Assembly (NCBI RefSeq): GCF_963921235.1
Contig: NC_086097.1
Location: forward strand, 242,794,001 to 242,858,000
Length of the DNA stretch: 64,000 nt
Source of the DNA: Mobula hypostoma
Taxonomy: Eukaryota
Direction of reading: 5' to 3'
Positions 23,613 through 36,139 of this stretch are shown one piece after another. Within the stretch, counting starts at the first letter, position 1, and every line of letters starts with the position of its first letter. The notes beneath the pieces were generated by a model. The model did no database searches. It was not told where the DNA came from and worked only from the letters and a program-made list of their open reading frames with translations. Position numbers and translations under genes: made by a program.

Positions 23613-24385
23613 CAGGGTGAGGGCAGGATTCAAGTTACTTGTGATGAAGTTCAACAATGTATTAAATATTTAATATAGCACCTTTACTGAAGCAAACCAC
23701 CCCAAGGATGTATCAAAGTTCAAAGTATTCAGTACGTCACCCTGAGGTTGATTTTCTTGCAGACATTCATAAAGAAATACAATTCAATCAACCAAAAACT
23801 ACTTACAAATAAAGACTGACAAACAAGCAATGTGCAAAACAGGAAACTGTGCAAATATATATAAAAATAAATAATACTGGTCCAAAATGTTGCATACAAG
23901 CCTATATACCAACCATTGTAGGTGTTTATATCCCAATTTGTTCCTGCTTGTTCCTGCCCGCAGACATAATTATCCAATCCCTATGTACTTATTTACTTGA
24001 TTTTTTCATTTTTTTTATCCCTTTCCCAAATCTTTCCCTTTACTTGTGTTAATTCTCTATTTTCCAAAAAAAAACAACAACAAACATTTAGACTAGGGGT
24101 GCTTACGTTAGCAATATTACTGTGTTGATGAGAAGAAGGGTTGTATGGAAACTATTATTACCATTTTTCTTAACAACTAATTTCATTACTTAGCCTAATA
24201 GGTTAGATTTACCACAGTACATAATTATCTATTTAAATGTTTATTTTGCTTTTATATCATCTCAATGTGTACTTAAGAATGTATAAATAATTGTAGTTTT
24301 ATACATATAAAAAAATGGAAAAGGTTATATGTGTGAAAAAAGTACATGATAATTGTGAACTCCTTATCCAAATAAAAATAAAATT

Positions 24386-24419
<34 letters not shown>

Positions 24420-24715
24420 ACTGGGAACATGAGTTGTGGAGTTGTTGCAAGTGAGTCTGTGGGTTGTGGAATCATTTCAGAGTTGAGATGAGTGCAGTTA
24501 TCTATGCAATCTGGGGCTGAAGAGAGTAATAACTTTTCCTGAACCTGGTGGTGTGGGTCTTGAGGTTCCCATACCAAAACAGCAGTAGTTCACACTCTAA
24601 AGTTGATACCAAGCCATGAGAAGATATGTTTTGTTTAACAAATAAAGCTAAACCACAGAGTTGTTTTTTTTTAAAAAAGCAAAAATAATTCTATCCAACT
24701 AGGAGCCAAAACTGG

Positions 24716-25348
24716 TTACAGATTGCAAAAGAAATGACAAACCAGGACGAGGCAAGTTAGGACAAGAGTAGAGTTTTGGGCGATGTCATGTTTATAGAGA
24801 ACAGAACAAAAGAAGTCGATAAAAATTATAATGAAATCAAGAAGTAGCAAAATTGGGGTGGATGTTTCAGCAATAGATGAACAAAAACCAGGACGGTGTG
24901 TGATGAGGTCACCAAGATGGAAACTCCACGATCCTGGTAATGTTACTAGTGTGTGCTGATCTTGCACACTTTTGATCCAATGTAGTTCAGTTTTAGATAG
25001 TTGGGATGGAGTTTGTGACTGAGAAATGGACCCTAAATGTACGTGTATGTTAGACATGTCATGACCCTTGCAGGCCTGCCTGGCGAGCATCAGACTGTTG
25101 GGCTCCAAGATTTTTCGAGGGCACCTAAGCCCTTGTGCTTCCTGTTTAACCTTGTTAAGTTTATTTTGACTGGCACGGGTCTTCCACATTCTGGGATTAT
25201 TTAAAGTGGATTCACTATTACAGCTTACTGCGGGGTCCTTGTTCTGAGAATGATTTGTTTTGCGGTATCGCTCGGCCAAGCTACCAAAGTTCTGTTGGAA
25301 TTCATATGTATTAACTCTTGTTTCCTTTTCCACATGAGAGTCTTTCAT
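24716..25348 (-). CDS. Candidate host coding exon or ORF (210 aa, hydrophobic C-terminus), product unknown
   Basis: Longest ORF in the window with no recognisable TE motif; sequence appears single-copy in the window; two hydrophobic segments at the end; possible donor CT|GTAACC at 24720/24719. Confidence 0.4.
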   Translation of the reverse strand: MKDSHVEKETRVNTYEFQQNFGSLAERYRKTNHSQNKDPAVSCNSESTLNNPRMWKTRASQNKLNKVKQEAQGLRCPRKILEPNSLMLARQACKGHDMSNIHVHLGSISQSQTPSQLSKTELHWIKSVQDQHTLVTLPGSWSFHLGDLITHRPGFCSSIAETSTPILLLLDFIIIFIDFFCSVLYKHDIAQNSTLVLTCLVLVCHFFCNL

Positions 25349-25884
25349 TCGTCAGCAGCTTGGTTCAATCATTGACAGCACACACCACGATAAGACGGGT
25401 ATTTCACAAGCATTATTTTTCCAAAAGCTGTGATATCCAGTGGTTGAAGTATCTTTAAATAACTGAACTAATTTTTCTACATTTTTATACCATGAAATAA
25501 CCATGCATGATCTTGGTTAATTCCCCCCCCCCCCCCAATAAATGCTGCCGGACCTGCTGAGTTCCTCTAGCATTTTGTGAGTATTGCTCTGGATTTCCAG
25601 CATCCGCAGAAAATCTTGTGTTTAACATCTACTGCACTTCATTAATTAAGGAAGTAACGCCAACAATTAAGGAGAATCATCAACATGCTATGTTTCTGAG
25701 CATTCCACCAGCAAATACAAAATAAAGGATAAAAAGGAATGAAAGGATGGGAACTGGAGTGATGGGGTAATTGGTTTACAAATCAATGCATTACATACTG
25801 AGACTCCGAGGATGGACAGGGAGATCATACAGCAAAATTTTGCAGTCAGTGGGATGAGTTGAAGTGCAATGTTCATCTGTTCAT

Positions 25885-26278
25885 TATGGGAACTGTCGTA
25901 AGCTGTAGGTGACCAAGGTCTCTCTATGACCATGATTATTCTTGGCAATTTTTTCCTATATTAAGTGGTTTGCCATTGCTTTCTTCTGGGCAGTGTCTTT
26001 ACAAGACAGGTGACCCCAGCCATCATCAATCCTCCTCAGAGATTGTCTGCCTTACGTCAGTGGTCAGATAACCAGGATGTGGTATGCACCAGCAGCTCAT
26101 ACGATCATTCGCCACCTGCTCTCATGGCTTCACGTGACCCTGATCGGTGGAGGGAGGGGAATGTGGGGGATGGGGCTAAGCAGGTGCTACGCCTTGCCCG
26201 AGGGTGACCTGCAGGCTGGTGGAGGGAAGGAGCACCTTACACCTCCTTAGCTAGAGCTGTATCTCCATCCCACCGCAC
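25885..26278 (-). mobile_element. RTE-tailed SINE or non-autonomous retroelement
   Basis: 3' ...CCCAGAAGAAAGCAATGGCAAACCAC tail reminiscent of RTE-partner SINEs; second copy in the opposite orientation at ~40860-41182. Confidence 0.55.
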
Positions 26279-26299
26279 ACGAAGTGTAACATGGGGGCA

Positions 26300-29200
26300 A
26301 AATTGAAAAGGGTGATGAATGTAGGAGTGAAGATGTTATATTTGAATGCACGCAGTACACAGAAAAAAGTAGATAATCTTGTAGTGTAGAGATTGGAAGG
26401 CATGATGTTGTGGACATTACCGAGTTGTAGCTAAATGAAGATCATAGTAGGGAGTTTAATATCCAAGGATACACCTTATTTTGAAAAGGCAGGCAGGTAG
26501 GCAGAGAGGGTGGGGAAGCTCTGTTGGTAAAAAATGGAATCAAATCCTTGGAAAGAGGTGACTTAGGATTGGACGATTTAGAACACTTGTGGGTAGAGTT
26601 AAGAAAGTGCAAGGGTAAAAAGACATTGGTGGGAGCTATATATATATAGGCTTCCAACTGTACCAATATGTAGGATATAAATGTCATGTCAAAAGGTCAT
26701 TGTTACAATAGTCATGGGGGATTTCAATATGTAAGTATACTGGGAAAATCAGGTTGGTGCTGGATCCCAAGAGAGGGAATTCGTAGAATGCCTACGAGAT
26801 GGCTTTTTGGAGCAGCCTGGGGTCAAGCCCGCCAGTGGAAGGGCAATTGTGGATCGGGTGTAATGAGCCCGATTTGATCAGAGAGCTTAAGACAAAGGAA
26901 CATCTGGGAGGTAGTGATCATAATATGATAGAATATGCAGTTTGAGAGGGAGAGGCTAAAGTCTGATGCATCAGTGTTACAGCGGAGTAAAGAGAATTTC
27001 AGAGCCGTGAGAGAGGAGCAGGTCAAAGTAGATTGGAAGGGGTCACTATTAGAGATGATGCAGTACAGCTGGAGCAATTCGGAAGGCACGAGATAGATGC
27101 TTCCCAAAAAGGAACAAGTATTCTAAATGGGCGATGAGGCAACTGTGGCTGACAAAGGAAGTCAAAGACAGCAAAGAAGAAAAGGAGAGGGCTTATAATA
27201 CAGCAAACATTAGTGGGAAGTTAGAGGATGGGGAAGGTTTTAAAAACCAACCAAAGGCAACTAAAATCCATAAGGAGAGAAAAGATAAAACACGAAGGTA
27301 AGATAACCAATAATATAAAGGTGGAAATTAGGCCACTGGAAAACGATGTCCGAGAGGTAGTAATGAGGGACAAAGAAATGGTGGACGAACTTAATAAGTA
27401 TTTTGCATCAGTCTTCACTGTGGAAGATGCGAGCAGTATACAAGAAATTTGAGAATGTTTGATGTCAGGAGCGAGTGTTGTTGCTATGACTATGGAAAAC
27501 GCACTTGCAAAGCTGAAAAGTTTGAAGGTAGATAAGTCACCTGGACCAATTGGACTACACCTGAGGGTTCTGAAAGAGGTGGCTGAAGAGATTGTGGAGT
27601 CATTAGTCATGACCTTACAAGAATCACTAGATTCTGGAATGGTTCCAGAGGACTGGAAAATTGCAAATGTCACTCCAAGAAGGAAAGGAGGCAGAAGGAA
27701 GAAAATTATAGGCCTGTTAGTATGACTTCAGTGGTTGGGAAGATGGGGGAGTCCATTCTTGAGGATGAAGTTTCAGGGTAGTTGGAGGTGCATGAGTCAG
27801 TGAATGGTGTTTGTTTGGATCTTCAGAAGGCCTTTGACAAGGTGAAATAGGCGAGACTGCTTTAAAAGGTAAGATTCCATGGTATTACAGGAATGATACT
27901 AACATGGTTAGAAGATTGTACGACCGCCAAGAGGTAAAGAGTGGGAATAAGGTGGGACTATTCTGATTAGCTGCCAGTGGCTAGTGGTCTTCTGCAAGGG
28001 TTGGTATTGAGACCAATTCTTTACATGTTATATGTCAAAGACTTGAATGATGGAATTGATGGCTTTGGGGCCAAGTTTGCAGACAATATGAAGATAGGTG
28101 GAGGGCCAGGTAGTTTTGAGGAAGCAGTGAGTCTGCATAAGGACTTGGACAGATTGGGAGAATGGGAAAAACGTAGCAGACAGAATATAGTGTAGGAAAG
28201 TGTATGTTAATGCAATTTGGTAGAAAGAATAAAGACGTAGACTATTTTCTCAGCAGAGTGAGTTAAAATATCAGAGATGCAAAGGGTTTTAGGAGTCCTT
28301 GTGCAGGAGTCCCTGAAGATTAACTTGCAATTCGAGTCAGTGGTAAGGAACGCAAAAGCAATATTAGCATTCATTTCAAGAGGGCTAGAATATAAGAGAA
28401 AGGATGTAATGCTGAGGCTTTATAAGGCATTGGTCAGACTGCACTTGGAGTATTGTGAGTAGTTTCAGGCCCTTTATCTAAGAAAAGATGGGCTGGCATT
28501 GGAGGGAGTTCAGGGGAGGCTCATGAGAATGATCTGGGAATGAAGTGTATGAGAAGTGTTTGATTGCTCTGGGCCTGTACTCGCTGGAACTTAGAAGAAT
28601 AAGGTGGAAATCTAATTGAAACCTATCAAATATTGAAATAATAATATTGAATAAGCGTGCGCGGCTGTTCCGAATGATATCATATGTGTAATTAGGGGCC
28701 GTGCACAATCCGGATTTGATGGAGACAGCTGTGAGAAGCGCAGAGGAACATCTGGAACAACTTCTGAAATGCCTGCTTCACTGCCGCTGCTACTGTACGA
28801 TCGAGAATCTCCGGAGACATAGGCTCCAGATCCTCGGCTTTGCCTATTGCCTGTTGCCGGGGTTGGCAGAGACGGTGCTCGGTGCATCGGTGTCAGGAGG
28901 TGGGCCGGAGGCTCAGAGTTTTCGGACGGACTTGGAGTCGGACTGTGGTCGGATGCTTCCAGGATGCTGCATCGGCAAGTTGGCGGCGCTGGAGGTTCAC
29001 CGTCTGCGTGAGATGATGGGATTTCCGAGAGACTTTGAGACTTTTACTGTGCCATGGTCTGTTCTTATCAAATTACGGTATTGCTTTGCACTGTTGTAAC
29101 TATATGTTATCATTATGTGGTTTTTGTTAGTTTTTAAGTTGGTTTGTCATGTGTTTTCGTGATATCATTCTGGAAAAACATTGTATCATTTCTTAATGCA

Positions 29201-29603
29201 TGCATTACTAAATGACAATAAAAGGGGACTGCGTGTCCTCATAATCATAAAAAAAACTAGATCTAGTGGACATGGAGAGCATGTTACCGGTAGTGGGGGA
29301 GTCTAGGTCCAGAGGACACAGCCTCAGAATAGAGAAACTTCCATTTAGAAAAAGATGAGGATTAATTTCTTTAGCCAGAGGGTGGTGAATTTGTGGAATT
29401 CATTGCCACAGACAGTTGTGGAGGCCAAGTCATTGGGTATATTTAAATTGGAGGTTGATATGTTCTTGATTAGTAAGGGCGTCAAAGTTTATGGGGTGAA
29501 GGCAGGAGAATGGCATTGAGAGAGATAATGAATCAGAGAGAGAAAAACTCAGCACAGACTGGGGCTAATTCTGCTCTTACGGTCTTACGGTCTTATAAGG
29601 TCT
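26300..29603 (+). mobile_element. Long degenerate CR1 LINE (endonuclease, RT and 3' end)
   Basis: LYLNARS (EN start ~26335), DKSPGPIGLHLRVLKE, VPEDWKIANVTP, KFADNMK, LYKALVRLHLEYC; (CTTACGGT)n tail; interrupted at 28645-29230. Confidence 0.9.
28645..29230 (+). mobile_element. Non-autonomous retroposon (SINE-like) inserted in CR1
   Basis: CpG-rich body; 3' end ...TAATGCATGCATTACTAAATGACAATAAAAG.GGACTGC shared with the insert at 49460-49760. Confidence 0.65.
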
Positions 29604-29804
29604 CAGCAGATCCAAATGCTTGTTTCAAATCCTTTTGCAACAAAGATCAACATACAATACCTATAGCACAGTAACTCTCAGTCACTCAGGTACAGGGAAG
29701 CCCCAGTGTCTTTCAGCACCAACACATTACCATCTCTCACTTTTTAAAAAGTACATAGTCTACCTATTTTCTCTAACAGGCAAATAACCACGTATATTTT
29801 ACGT

Positions 29805-30140
29805 CACATTTCATTAGAGATTCTCAGGCAAATATCGAGGCCAATGAGTGGCAGCAGCTGGCTTGTGATGGAGACTGCTGGAGAACACTGACCCATGGAG
29901 CAGCTCAGAATGCTGAGGCATCCAGAAGAGCGACTGTTGAAGAGAAGAGGAGACGCAGAAAGGATCCTACTATCCAAGAACCCACATCCCAGCTGTTCCA
30001 GTGTCTCTACTGCTCCAAAGTCTGCAGATCCAGGATTAGCCTCTACAGTCACCAACAATCGAGCCGTTGCTCCTCAGGACTCTTCTTCCCTCAGGCTCTT
30101 CACAGGCGAAGAACCAGCTATCATCATCATCATCATCATT
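29805..30140 (+). mobile_element. RTE-clade LINE 3' end with C2H2 finger
   Basis: WQQLACDGDCWRTL...EEKRRRRK...FQCLYCSKVCRSRISLYSHQ, then (ATC)n tail. Confidence 0.75.
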
Positions 30141-30744
30141 TGAGATGAAGATTAGCTTTATTTATCAGCTGTATATCGAAACATCAGTTAAAGTTGTCAT
30201 TTGTGCCCACGACCAACACAGTCTGAGGATAAAGTCGGGCAGCCCGTAAGTGTCAGCACACTGCCGACGCTATGAACTTTACCTGCTGGCATGGCGCGGA
30301 TTGAATATCAAGACCATTTACCTGCAACTCTGTCTTCCACACGTTTTTTAATTTGTTAGTTATTTCAAAATGTGGCCAATGTCAATGCATTGAGCAACTC
30401 AGCACCGGTGAAACGGTCTGTTGCAAGTGAACAAGTTAAGGAGTGGTTGTACTGCAGCATTGAAACGGTGGGTGATTTCTCATGAATGAGGTGATATCAT
30501 TACTTCCTGCTCGCAATAAGGAGGAGGACGGCCAGGTGTACTTGAAAGAGCAGAGGACATCAAATAAGCGTTCATGACTAATGAAACATCAACATATAAA
30601 GACACGTAGAACAAGACAATGTTACTTTCTAAGGTGAGTTTCAGTATGACTTTTTCCCTCTGTTTTGCTAAGTGTTCAAGGAATTATTGAAAACTTTGAC
30701 AGCCGTTTGGGAGGCTGCTTAATCAGTCAATTGGATGTCCTTAA

Positions 30745-30997
30745 TGCTATGTTCTGTAATTTTAAAACACTAAACTAATTCAAGCAAAGGCACAGGAGTT
30801 TGAAAAGTCAGTTTAAATTTGAGTTTTATTTTAAGCAGGGCGCGCGCATCACGTGGTAGCGGGATGGTGTATGCGGTTCATGCGGTATACGGTTTATACA
30901 TATAACCCGTAATGAATTACTTACATGAACAAGAATGTTTAATCAAACAGTATATACAAGAATACTCAAATATTACTGAAATATTAAACATACAACA
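30745..30997 (-). mobile_element. Solo LTR of the Mag-like Gypsy family
   Basis: TG...CA ends; reverse-complement similarity to the LTR at 7003-7725; flanks CTTAA/CTTAT (near-TSD). Confidence 0.75.
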
Positions 30998-31189
30998 CTT
31001 ATAGAACATAGAAAATTATGGCACAGTGCAGGACCTTCAGCACACTATGTTGTGTCAACCTTTAACCTACTCTCACGTAAGACTGAACGTTTTCTGAAAT
31101 GTTCCCTGGTTCTCTAACGTATGACATTAAATTTTACTCAGTTTCAGAGAATATAGAATACTAGAGCACAATACAGGATGTTGTGCTGA

Positions 31190-32630
31190 CCATATAACTG
31201 CTGCAAGATTAGTCTAATCCTTCCTTCCCAAATACCCCTCCATTTTTCTATCATCCATATGCCTACCTAAGAGTTTCTTAAACGCCCCTAATGTATCTGC
31301 CTCCATCACCATCCCTGGCAGTGCATTTCATGTATTTTACCACTCCCTGTGTTAAAAACCTACCCCTTACATTACCCTACATTTTCCTCCAATCTCCTTA
31401 TGCTGCCTCATATTGGCCATTATCACCCTGGGAAAAAGGTGCTGGTTATCCACTCTATCTATACCTCTTACCATCTTCTCTTTTGCTCCAGAAAGAAAAT
31501 CTGTAGCGGACTCAACCTACCCTAATAAGGCATGCATTATAATCCAGGGAGCCTTCTGGTAAATCTCCGCTGCCCTCTCCCTAAAGCTTCCAGATCCTTC
31601 CTACAATGAGGTAACCTGAACGGAATGCAATTTTCCAAATGTGGTCCGAGCAAATTTTTATAGAGCTGCCACATTAAAGTTCAAAGGTCAAAGTTATCAA
31701 AGTGTGTAGACGTTGTGCGACCTTGAGTTTTGTCTCCTAACAGGCAGTGACAAAACAAAGAAACTCCCCAAAAACCTAACACTCAATGTGCAGAGAATAA
31801 AAACCACATCATGCCCATAAAAAAAGAACCCATAAAAAAAAGGAATAAAATAACCCATAAAAAAGAGGACTGTCAAACACCCAATGTGCAATTAAAAAAA
31901 ATGTCAAGCAACAATAACCGCAAGCAAATAGCGTTACATTGTGGTTCTTGAACTCAGTTCCCTGACAATCCTCAACAGTCGTATCAACTTGTGCAGCAAC
32001 TTCGAGGGACCTGCAAAATCTCTCTGATACTCCACACTGCTAAGAATCCTGCTATCAACCCTGTATTCTGTCTTCAAGTTCATCCTGCCAAGTAGCCGCC
32101 ATGGTATTACAGGAAAGATACAAGCATGGACAGACGTTTGGCTGACTGGCAGGAGCCAAAGAGTGGGAATAAAGTGGAACTTCTCTGATTGTCTGCTGGT
32201 GACTAGCGGTTTTCTGCAAGGGTTGCTATTGGGGCATCTTCTTCTCACGTTATATATCACTGATTTGGATGATGAAATTGATAGCTCTGTGGCCAAGTTT
32301 GTGGACTTAGGCAGATTGGGAGAATGGGCAAAGAGGTGCTAGATGGAATACAGTGTAGTGAAGTGCATGGTCATGCACTTTGGTAGAAGGAATAAAGGTG
32401 TAGGCTATTTTCTAAATGGAGAGAAAGTTCAGAATTCAAGTGCAAAGTGTCTGGAGTCCTTGTGCGGGACTCCCTAAAGGTTAACTTGCAGGTTGAGTTG
32501 GTGTTAAGGAAGGCAAGTGCAATGTTAGCATTCATGTTGGGAGGACTGGAATATAAAAGCAAGATGGAATGATGATGCTTCATAAGGCTTTGGTCAGACC
32601 ACACTTGGAGTACTTTGAGCAACTGGGATG
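31190..32630. mobile_element. Cluster of old CR1 fragments in both orientations plus a Rex1-like tail
   Basis: CR1 motifs at 31190-31675 (-), 31950-32090 (-) and 32095-32630 (+). Confidence 0.7.
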
Positions 32631-32964
32631 TGTCAAGAGCAATATAATCCCTGAGGGGATGAGTGTGAATCAGCAGTGGACTTTGGAATTTCAGAGCAGT
32701 GAACTTTAAAATCAGCCACCCTGTATTTATTGCAGTTTCCAGTCAATGAAGTCTGTTTCCGGACAGGACAAGATGTGACACGACACTTCACTTAGATGTG
32801 AAAGGAGATTTACAGTTACAGCATCTTATAAATAATCTCTTTTCACTTCTACAATTTCCAAATTCTTGTCATTGTATGTGACACCATTTAGCCCAGAAAC
32901 TATTAGTGTTCTGTAGTTACAAGTAATTCTTAAAATTACAGTATCCAATCATTGAACTATACTT

Positions 32965-33180
32965 GGGCACCATGGTAGTGTGGCTGTTAGTGCGAAGCTA
33001 TTACAGCTCAGGGCGTTGGAGTTCAGAGTTCAATGCTGGCACTGTCTGGAAGGAGTTTGTACGATCCCCCCGTGATCGTGTGGGTTTCCTCCAGAAGTTC
33101 TGGCTTTCTCCCACATTCCAAAGCCTTTGGTAGGTTAATTGGTCATTGTAAATTTTCCTGTCTTTAGGCTCGGATTAAAT
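32965..33180 (+). mobile_element. HE1/V-SINE-type SINE
   Basis: gggcaccatggtagtgtggctgttag...gagttcaatg...gtgggtttcctcc...ctcccacattccaaag...ggttaattggtcattgtaaatt. Confidence 0.75.
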
Positions 33181-33605
33181 GCTGAAGGATCTCAGCAGGC
33201 CAGGCGGCATCTATGGAAAAGAGTGAACAGTTGACGTTTCCGGTCAGACCCCTTTGTTAGAACTCCTTCGTCGTGTCCTGATGAAGGATCTCGGCCCAAA
33301 ATGCTGACTGTTTTCTCTTTTCCAGTCCCAATGAAGGTTCTTGGCCCAAAATACTGACTGTTTTCTCTTTTCCAGTCCTGATGAAGGGTCTCGGCCCAAA
33401 ATGCTGACTGTTTTCTCTTTTACAGTCCTGATGAAGGTTCTTGGCCCAAAATACTGACTGTTTTCTCTTTTCCAGTCTCGATGAAGGGTCTGGGTCTGAA
33501 ACGTCAGCTGTTTACTCTTTTCCACAGATGCTGTCTGACCCGCTGAGTTCCTCCAGCATCTTGTGTGTGGATTTCCAGCATCTGCAGATTTTCTCTTGTT
33601 TGTGC
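33181..33605. mobile_element. Penelope-derived inverted terminal repeat containing a 5 x 50-bp hammerhead-motif tandem array
   Basis: Minus-strand PLE terminus at 33181-33262 abuts plus-strand units with CTGATGA(-like) cores at 33278, 33328, 33378, 33428 and 33478. Confidence 0.85.
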
Positions 33606-33814
33606 TTGGGTCAAACAGGTAGGTTGTTGCGCAGCACAGCTCGGTAGACTGGTGGAGTCTGTTTCACACGGTATCTTTAAATAAATAAATAAACTAGGAA
33701 TAAAAACTAGGAGAGATCTTGGCCAGCAGTAGACTGTGTGGCACCATGTTTCTCTGTATCACTCGATCCAATTTCAATGGAATCGAAGTATTCTGAAGAA
33801 AGGGGTCTGCTCCG

Positions 33815-34615
33815 CTATTTCATCATGGAAGATCCATTTCCCTCTTAGCCCCATCTCCTACATTCTCACCGTATCCCTTCATGCCCTGACTAATCAAGAA
33901 TCTATCAACCTCTGCCTTAAATCTACCCAATGACTTGTCCTCCACAGCTTCCTATGGCAAAGAATTCCATAGATTCACCAATCTCTGGCTAAAGAAATTG
34001 CTCCTCATGTCTGTTCTAAATGGATGCCCCTCTATTCTGAGGCTGTGTCCTCTGGTCTTAGACTCCCCATCTAAAGCTCTCTAAATCTACTCTATCGAGG
34101 CCCTTCACCATTTGATAGGTTTTAATGGTGTCACCTTTCATTCTACTGAATTCCGGTGAATACAGGCCCAGAGCCGTCAAATGCTCTTCATATGACAAAC
34201 CATTCAATCCTGGAATCATTTTCACAAACCTCATTTGAACCACCTCTACTTTCAGCACATCTTTTCTAAGATAAGGGGCCTAAAGCTGCTCACAATACTC
34301 CAAGTGAGGCTCCACCAGTGCTTTATAAAGTCTCAACATTACATCCTTGCTCTTATATTCTAGTCCTCTTGAAAAGAATGCTAACATTGCATTTGCCTTC
34401 CACACCACAGACTCAACCTACAAATGAACATTCAAAGAATCCTGTACAAGGACTCTCAAGTCCCTTTGCATCTTAGATTTTTGTATTTTCTCTCCACTTA
34501 GAAAATAGTCAACACTTTTATTTCTTCTACCAAAGTGCATGACCATACACTTCCCAACACTATATTCCATCTGCTACTTCCTTGCCCATTCTCCTAATCT
34601 GTTGAAATCCTTCTA
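33815..34615 (-). mobile_element. CR1 3' fragment
   Basis: VQMRFVKMIPGLNGLSYEEHLTALGLYS motif and CR1 3' UTR. Confidence 0.85.
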
Positions 34616-34639
34616 GTCCTCTTTTGCACGAATCATTTG

Positions 34640-35062
34640 TTTATATTTTAACTCCAGTTATGTTATATGGCTCAGAATGTTGGACAATATCTAGTAACAT
34701 GAGGAAATGAATTGAAGCAGCAGTGATGTGGTTTTTGCTGAGGATGCAAAGAATATCATGGATGAAACGAATATCTAATGAGAATGTCATGAACAGAGCA
34801 AACGCAAAAAGAGAAATAACATATGAGATCATGAAAAGGCAACGTAACTTCATTGGACATGTGATTAGGAAAGAGGAGTTAGAATGCACGGTAATTATGG
34901 GAAAGATTGAAGGGAAGAAAGCAAGAGGAAGACAAAGACAAATGATGATGGAGACAGCAGCCAGAGAACTGGAAATGAATACCAATGAATTGATCCACTT
35001 GACCCGAAACTGGAGTGTGTGGGCCATGGCAGTCAAACTGGGCACGGCACCTGATGATGATA
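34640..35062 (+). mobile_element. RTE LINE 3' fragment (same family as 15076-16405)
   Basis: MWFLLRMQRISWMKRISNENVMNRA...GKIEGKKARGRQR; GATGATGA tail. Confidence 0.9.
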
Positions 35063-35360
35063 TTTTAACTCAAAGTAAATTTTTATGTCTCTGCACTGTA
35101 CAGTTTCCACAAAACAAAACATTTCATGGCATACAGTTCTGTATGTCACTGCCATCGAACTTTGGCCATCGAATGTGCAGCTCCTCCCTTGGAGGGTCAG
35201 ACACCCTGAGCCAATAGGCTGGTCCTGGACTTATTTTCATCTGGCATAGTTTGCATTTTGTTGTTTGATTGTTTGTGGTTTTTGTATTGCTATATTTATG
35301 CTCTATTCTTGGTTGGTGCGGCTGTAACGAAACCCAATTTCCCTTGGGATCAATAAAGTA

Positions 35361-35398
<38 letters not shown>

Positions 35399-35469
35399 AT
35401 AAACCTGATTCTGACTCATCGTGTCTCTAAGTTGCAAATGTAGATATATGTGGCAGACGTTACCTCATT

Positions 35470-35748
35470 TACTTATTGAGACACAGTGCAGAATAGGCTC
35501 CTCTGGCCGTGTGAGCCGAGCCACCCGGTAACCTGTGACGTAACCTAGCCTAATCACGGGTCTATTTACAATGACCAATTCGTCCGTCTTTGGATGGTGG
35601 GAGGAAATCGGAGCACCTGGATGAAACCCACGCATTCCGTGGGGAGGATGTACAGACTCCTTACAGCTGATGTCGGAATTGAACACCAAACTCTGAAACT
35701 CTGAGTTGTGATAACATTGCGTTAACCACCATGTTAATATGGAGCCGC
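35470..35748 (-). mobile_element. HE1/V-SINE-type SINE
   Basis: V-domain-like gcgtgggtttcatccaggtgctccgatttcctcccaccatccaaagacg on the minus strand. Confidence 0.75.
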
Positions 35749-36139
35749 TGTATGCAGGCCTGACCTTCCCTGATCTGCAGAACAGGGAAAGAATGGACCC
35801 CGTCTGTAAAAGAAGGATCCCACATGCAAGCCCAAGTGGTAACACACAACACCTTGGAAGTCTTGCTGCAATTTCTACTGGTGAAACCACTCATAAACCC
35901 ACCACAATCAACTGAATATATTGTCTTTAAGACACATATGATTTCTATGCTGTTAAATGAAACCCGTAGCTCCTCCTTTTAAAAAATGTGAATTAAAAAC
36001 TAGGAGAAATGCAAGTTTTAAAAGGGGAGTCACAAATGCTTCAAGTTCTTGGGTGTCTTCATCTCTGAAGATCTAACCTAGGCCCAGCACATCTATGAAT
36101 TCATGAAGATGGACGGCTAGCAGCTATACTTCATTAGAA

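Noticed and set aside
33273..33520. CRISPR-like regularly spaced repeats
   Set aside because: Pure tandem units with no unique spacers, no cas genes and a eukaryotic context; explained by Penelope hammerhead termini
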